From: an uncultured Gammaproteobacteria bacterium
Lineage (GTDB): Bacteria > Patescibacteriota > Microgenomatia > UBA10105 > UBA927
Length of the DNA stretch: 64,000 bases
Assembly (NCBI GenBank): GCA_964349125.1
Contig: CAYGFH010000002.1
Span: 174,484 to 238,483, forward strand
Direction: 5' to 3'
Shown: positions 58,901 through 61,900 of the stretch, piece by piece
Layout of the letters: every line of letters starts with the position of its first letter
Position numbering within the stretch: the first letter of the stretch is position 1
Position numbers and translations under genes: made by a program
The notes under the pieces: generated by a model
The model's database searches: none
Told to the model about the DNA's origin: nothing
The model's input: only the letters and a program-made list of their open reading frames with translations

Positions 58901-61900
58901 CGCGTGCGGTATTGCGAGCCACAGTCAATTCTTGAACTTTGGAATTCAACAATGACACATCTGCGCTTAAGACAGATAGTTGCTCTTTCTTAAGCTGTAA
59001 TTTCAATTTAGCGTCAGGATCATTTGATCGTATACCATCAGCTAATAATTTGATCTCGGTTGCACGCAATACTTCAGACTGAAGAGTTGCGATACGAGTA
59101 TCCAGTACTGCCCGTCTCTGTGACAAGGCAAGTTGTTGCTGTGCTACTACATCCGGAAGAACGGCATCTCCAGTTACTACGCCCTGCGCATCCACAGTCT
59201 TCCATACATACTGACCACCTTCTTGAACTGCCTTAAATCCGTTCAAAACGGTAGCGTCTATCTCAACTGTTCCTACATTCCAAACGCCTTTGGCGGCATC
59301 CCAAACTGGTGCTCTTGAGGAATCCCCAAGCGTGTTGCGCGCCGAGACGGCAGCCTGTAATTCGTTTTGGGCATCTATGACGGCTTGTTGCGCTTTCGCC
59401 CCGCTTTCATCCTGAATTCTTAGAACTTCGTTCAGCAACTGTGCCCGATCTCTGGATAATGCAGCTATCTGATCCTGACGGGTTATAATATCTTCCTGAA
59501 TTACCAACTGCCTGGAAGTTAACCCGATGGATTCAACTTTCTGTCTCGCTCGAGATAATTGTTGCAGTGCAGCATCATATTCCGCGGTACCTACCGAGTA
59601 GTCTTTGGCGACGCCCATGAATTTTTCCTGGGCGGCAACATATTCTTGCTGTATAGTTCTCGAACCTTCACTTAACCCATCAAGAAGTCGTTGTGCGGCA
59701 TTTCTGGGATTTTGCATGAGTGCGCGTTCAGCCTCGACAGACGATCGATATATGAGTAAATCATTGGTAGCTGATTGGTAATCACGAAGTGCCTGTGCAT
59801 ACGCAGCAGCATCTGGAGAGAGTGCTTTTAGGGCTTCTTGCGAGAGTAAATATTTGGATTGCGCTTCTTTAAATTTCAGTGCAGAGGGCACATCATCGGC
59901 AATATTGGTTAGCGCTTGTTTTGCAAGCGCGAGCTCATAGCCCTGTGCTCTGATAGCAGTCCGTAGCTGCGTCATAGCAGCAAGCTCTTGTTCAGCCATG
60001 ACAGTGGGTAAACGATTTCCGTTTGCATCGTACATTGACTGTAGCGAGCGACTAGCTGCATCTAGCTGTACAGCTGCGCCGTCTTCGCTGGCCTGTACCC
60101 TTGGACCTCCAGATGTTGGAGTTTTCAGCCCAACACCAAAACCTACTGTTGCCAACGTCGCTTGTGATATAGATTGAGCACATGCACTCGCATCTAACCG
60201 TGCCGCACCAGAAAAACATGCGATACCAGCTTGTAGCGCGCCGCCGCCAGCGTCACCCGCATCAGCAATCTGATTTGTCACAAGCGCGGTTCGAGCTATG
60301 GAGGCTGGATTATTGGCACTAGAGATTAGTGATGCCCCGGATGAAACGATGCGGAATATAGATCCTGCAACCGCCACAGAGTTTGCAGCACAACTCATCG
60401 CATCTTTTTGTCGCCCACCGTTCCCATCATCATAGCCGATAAAACATGCGTTAATGGCTTCGCGGCCCGAGATTATTCCACCCGCGGCACTGAGAGCTAT
60501 GTTGCTATATTGAATCCCACGCCCTGCGCTCATTGTTAATTCTGCCGTTGTTGCAAGAGCGGCACCATTTGCCAGATTTTTGGCATTGTTCACCAGCTCT
60601 ACTCCTTGCGCGGCATTAATTGCAGCATCTGATACTTGAACAGTTTTTTGTATCGCCTGCTGTCCTAAGCTATATGTGCCGGCTATTGCACTAAACGGTA
60701 TCGATGCTGCCTGCACGGCAGTATTGAGACTTGCCCACCGACAGTCAGTCGATGCCACTTGACCTGGCACACACGCAGTTGCGGTACGCTCTAAACTGGC
60801 GGTTGTTCCAATAACGCTTGCACCGACACCGGCTACCGTCAGATATGTCATTGTGGTACCGGCTCCGGCAGCAATCAGCGGCGCAGCTGCCCACGGAGCA
60901 AGCGCTACTGCAGCAACTGCTACTGGAACTGCGGCAACAGGAGCACCTTTTATGAGTGACCCCTGACGGAATTCCGCCATTATCTGCTTTTCTTCTGCGT
61001 TTCCAGCGACTGAATTATAAATTGCGCGTGGTATGTTAAATGCATTTGCTGTCATAACAAGGTTTGTCATCCCTTGACTATCTGCATACCATGCATCTTT
61101 ATGCAGCTCCTGATATTGAGTAACTGCATTCATCTGAATATCATTTCCGCGCTTTACCGCCCCGCTGGTGAAATTATTTAATACGTTCCAAAATTTCATC
61201 CCGACACTAAAATCGTCAATAACTTTTTCTACATCGGTTGCGATCAATTCCCCTCTTTGGAATTGTTCGTATGCCTGCTGATATCCTTCTTCTCCTTTAA
61301 TATTTTGATACGTTGGCGCGACGTCTTCCCATGCGCGAATCTGTTCATTTTGGAAATCTTCGAATGTACCTGTGGGATTGTCTTTCTTATATGCATCAAA
61401 TGCCTTAAGGTAATTTGCATGATACCCATTTGCAGGATCAGAGAGATATGTCCTGACAGCTTCATCTCTTGCTTTTTCAAACTCTCTACGCTCTGCTTCT
61501 GTCTTGAACGTTGACGGATCTATTATTGCTTCGAAGTGTGCGTCTTTTCCTTTTCCTACCAATACAGGGACATAGTTAACCTGCATACCAGAATATGGAT
61601 CAATTCCGCTGCATGTTTTTTCATCAACAGTACAAAATCGTCTGGCACCTGTGTTTGCATCGTAGATAATCGCCCCATCGATACAGGCGCCGCCTCCGCA
61701 GGCTCCATTGCATTGTTTTGTGCTGACAACAGCACCGTCACCACGCTGTCCAGCTGTTGGATTGAATGTTTCTACAGAGTTTCCATCTTCTGAGCATCGG
61801 TTGTATGCGGTAGATTGCCACATTCCAAAAATACCACCTACTTTTACTTCCACTTGCCCGCTTCCTGCCCCAATTACAGGACATCCGTCTGCTCCTTCCA

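Noticed and set aside
58000-60000. Possibility that the coiled-coil regions are SMC/tape-measure-like, or a phage-derived module
   Set aside because: There are no flanking phage genes and no ATPase head motifs. The composition alone is not diagnostic, so it is kept as a generic coiled-coil stalk.
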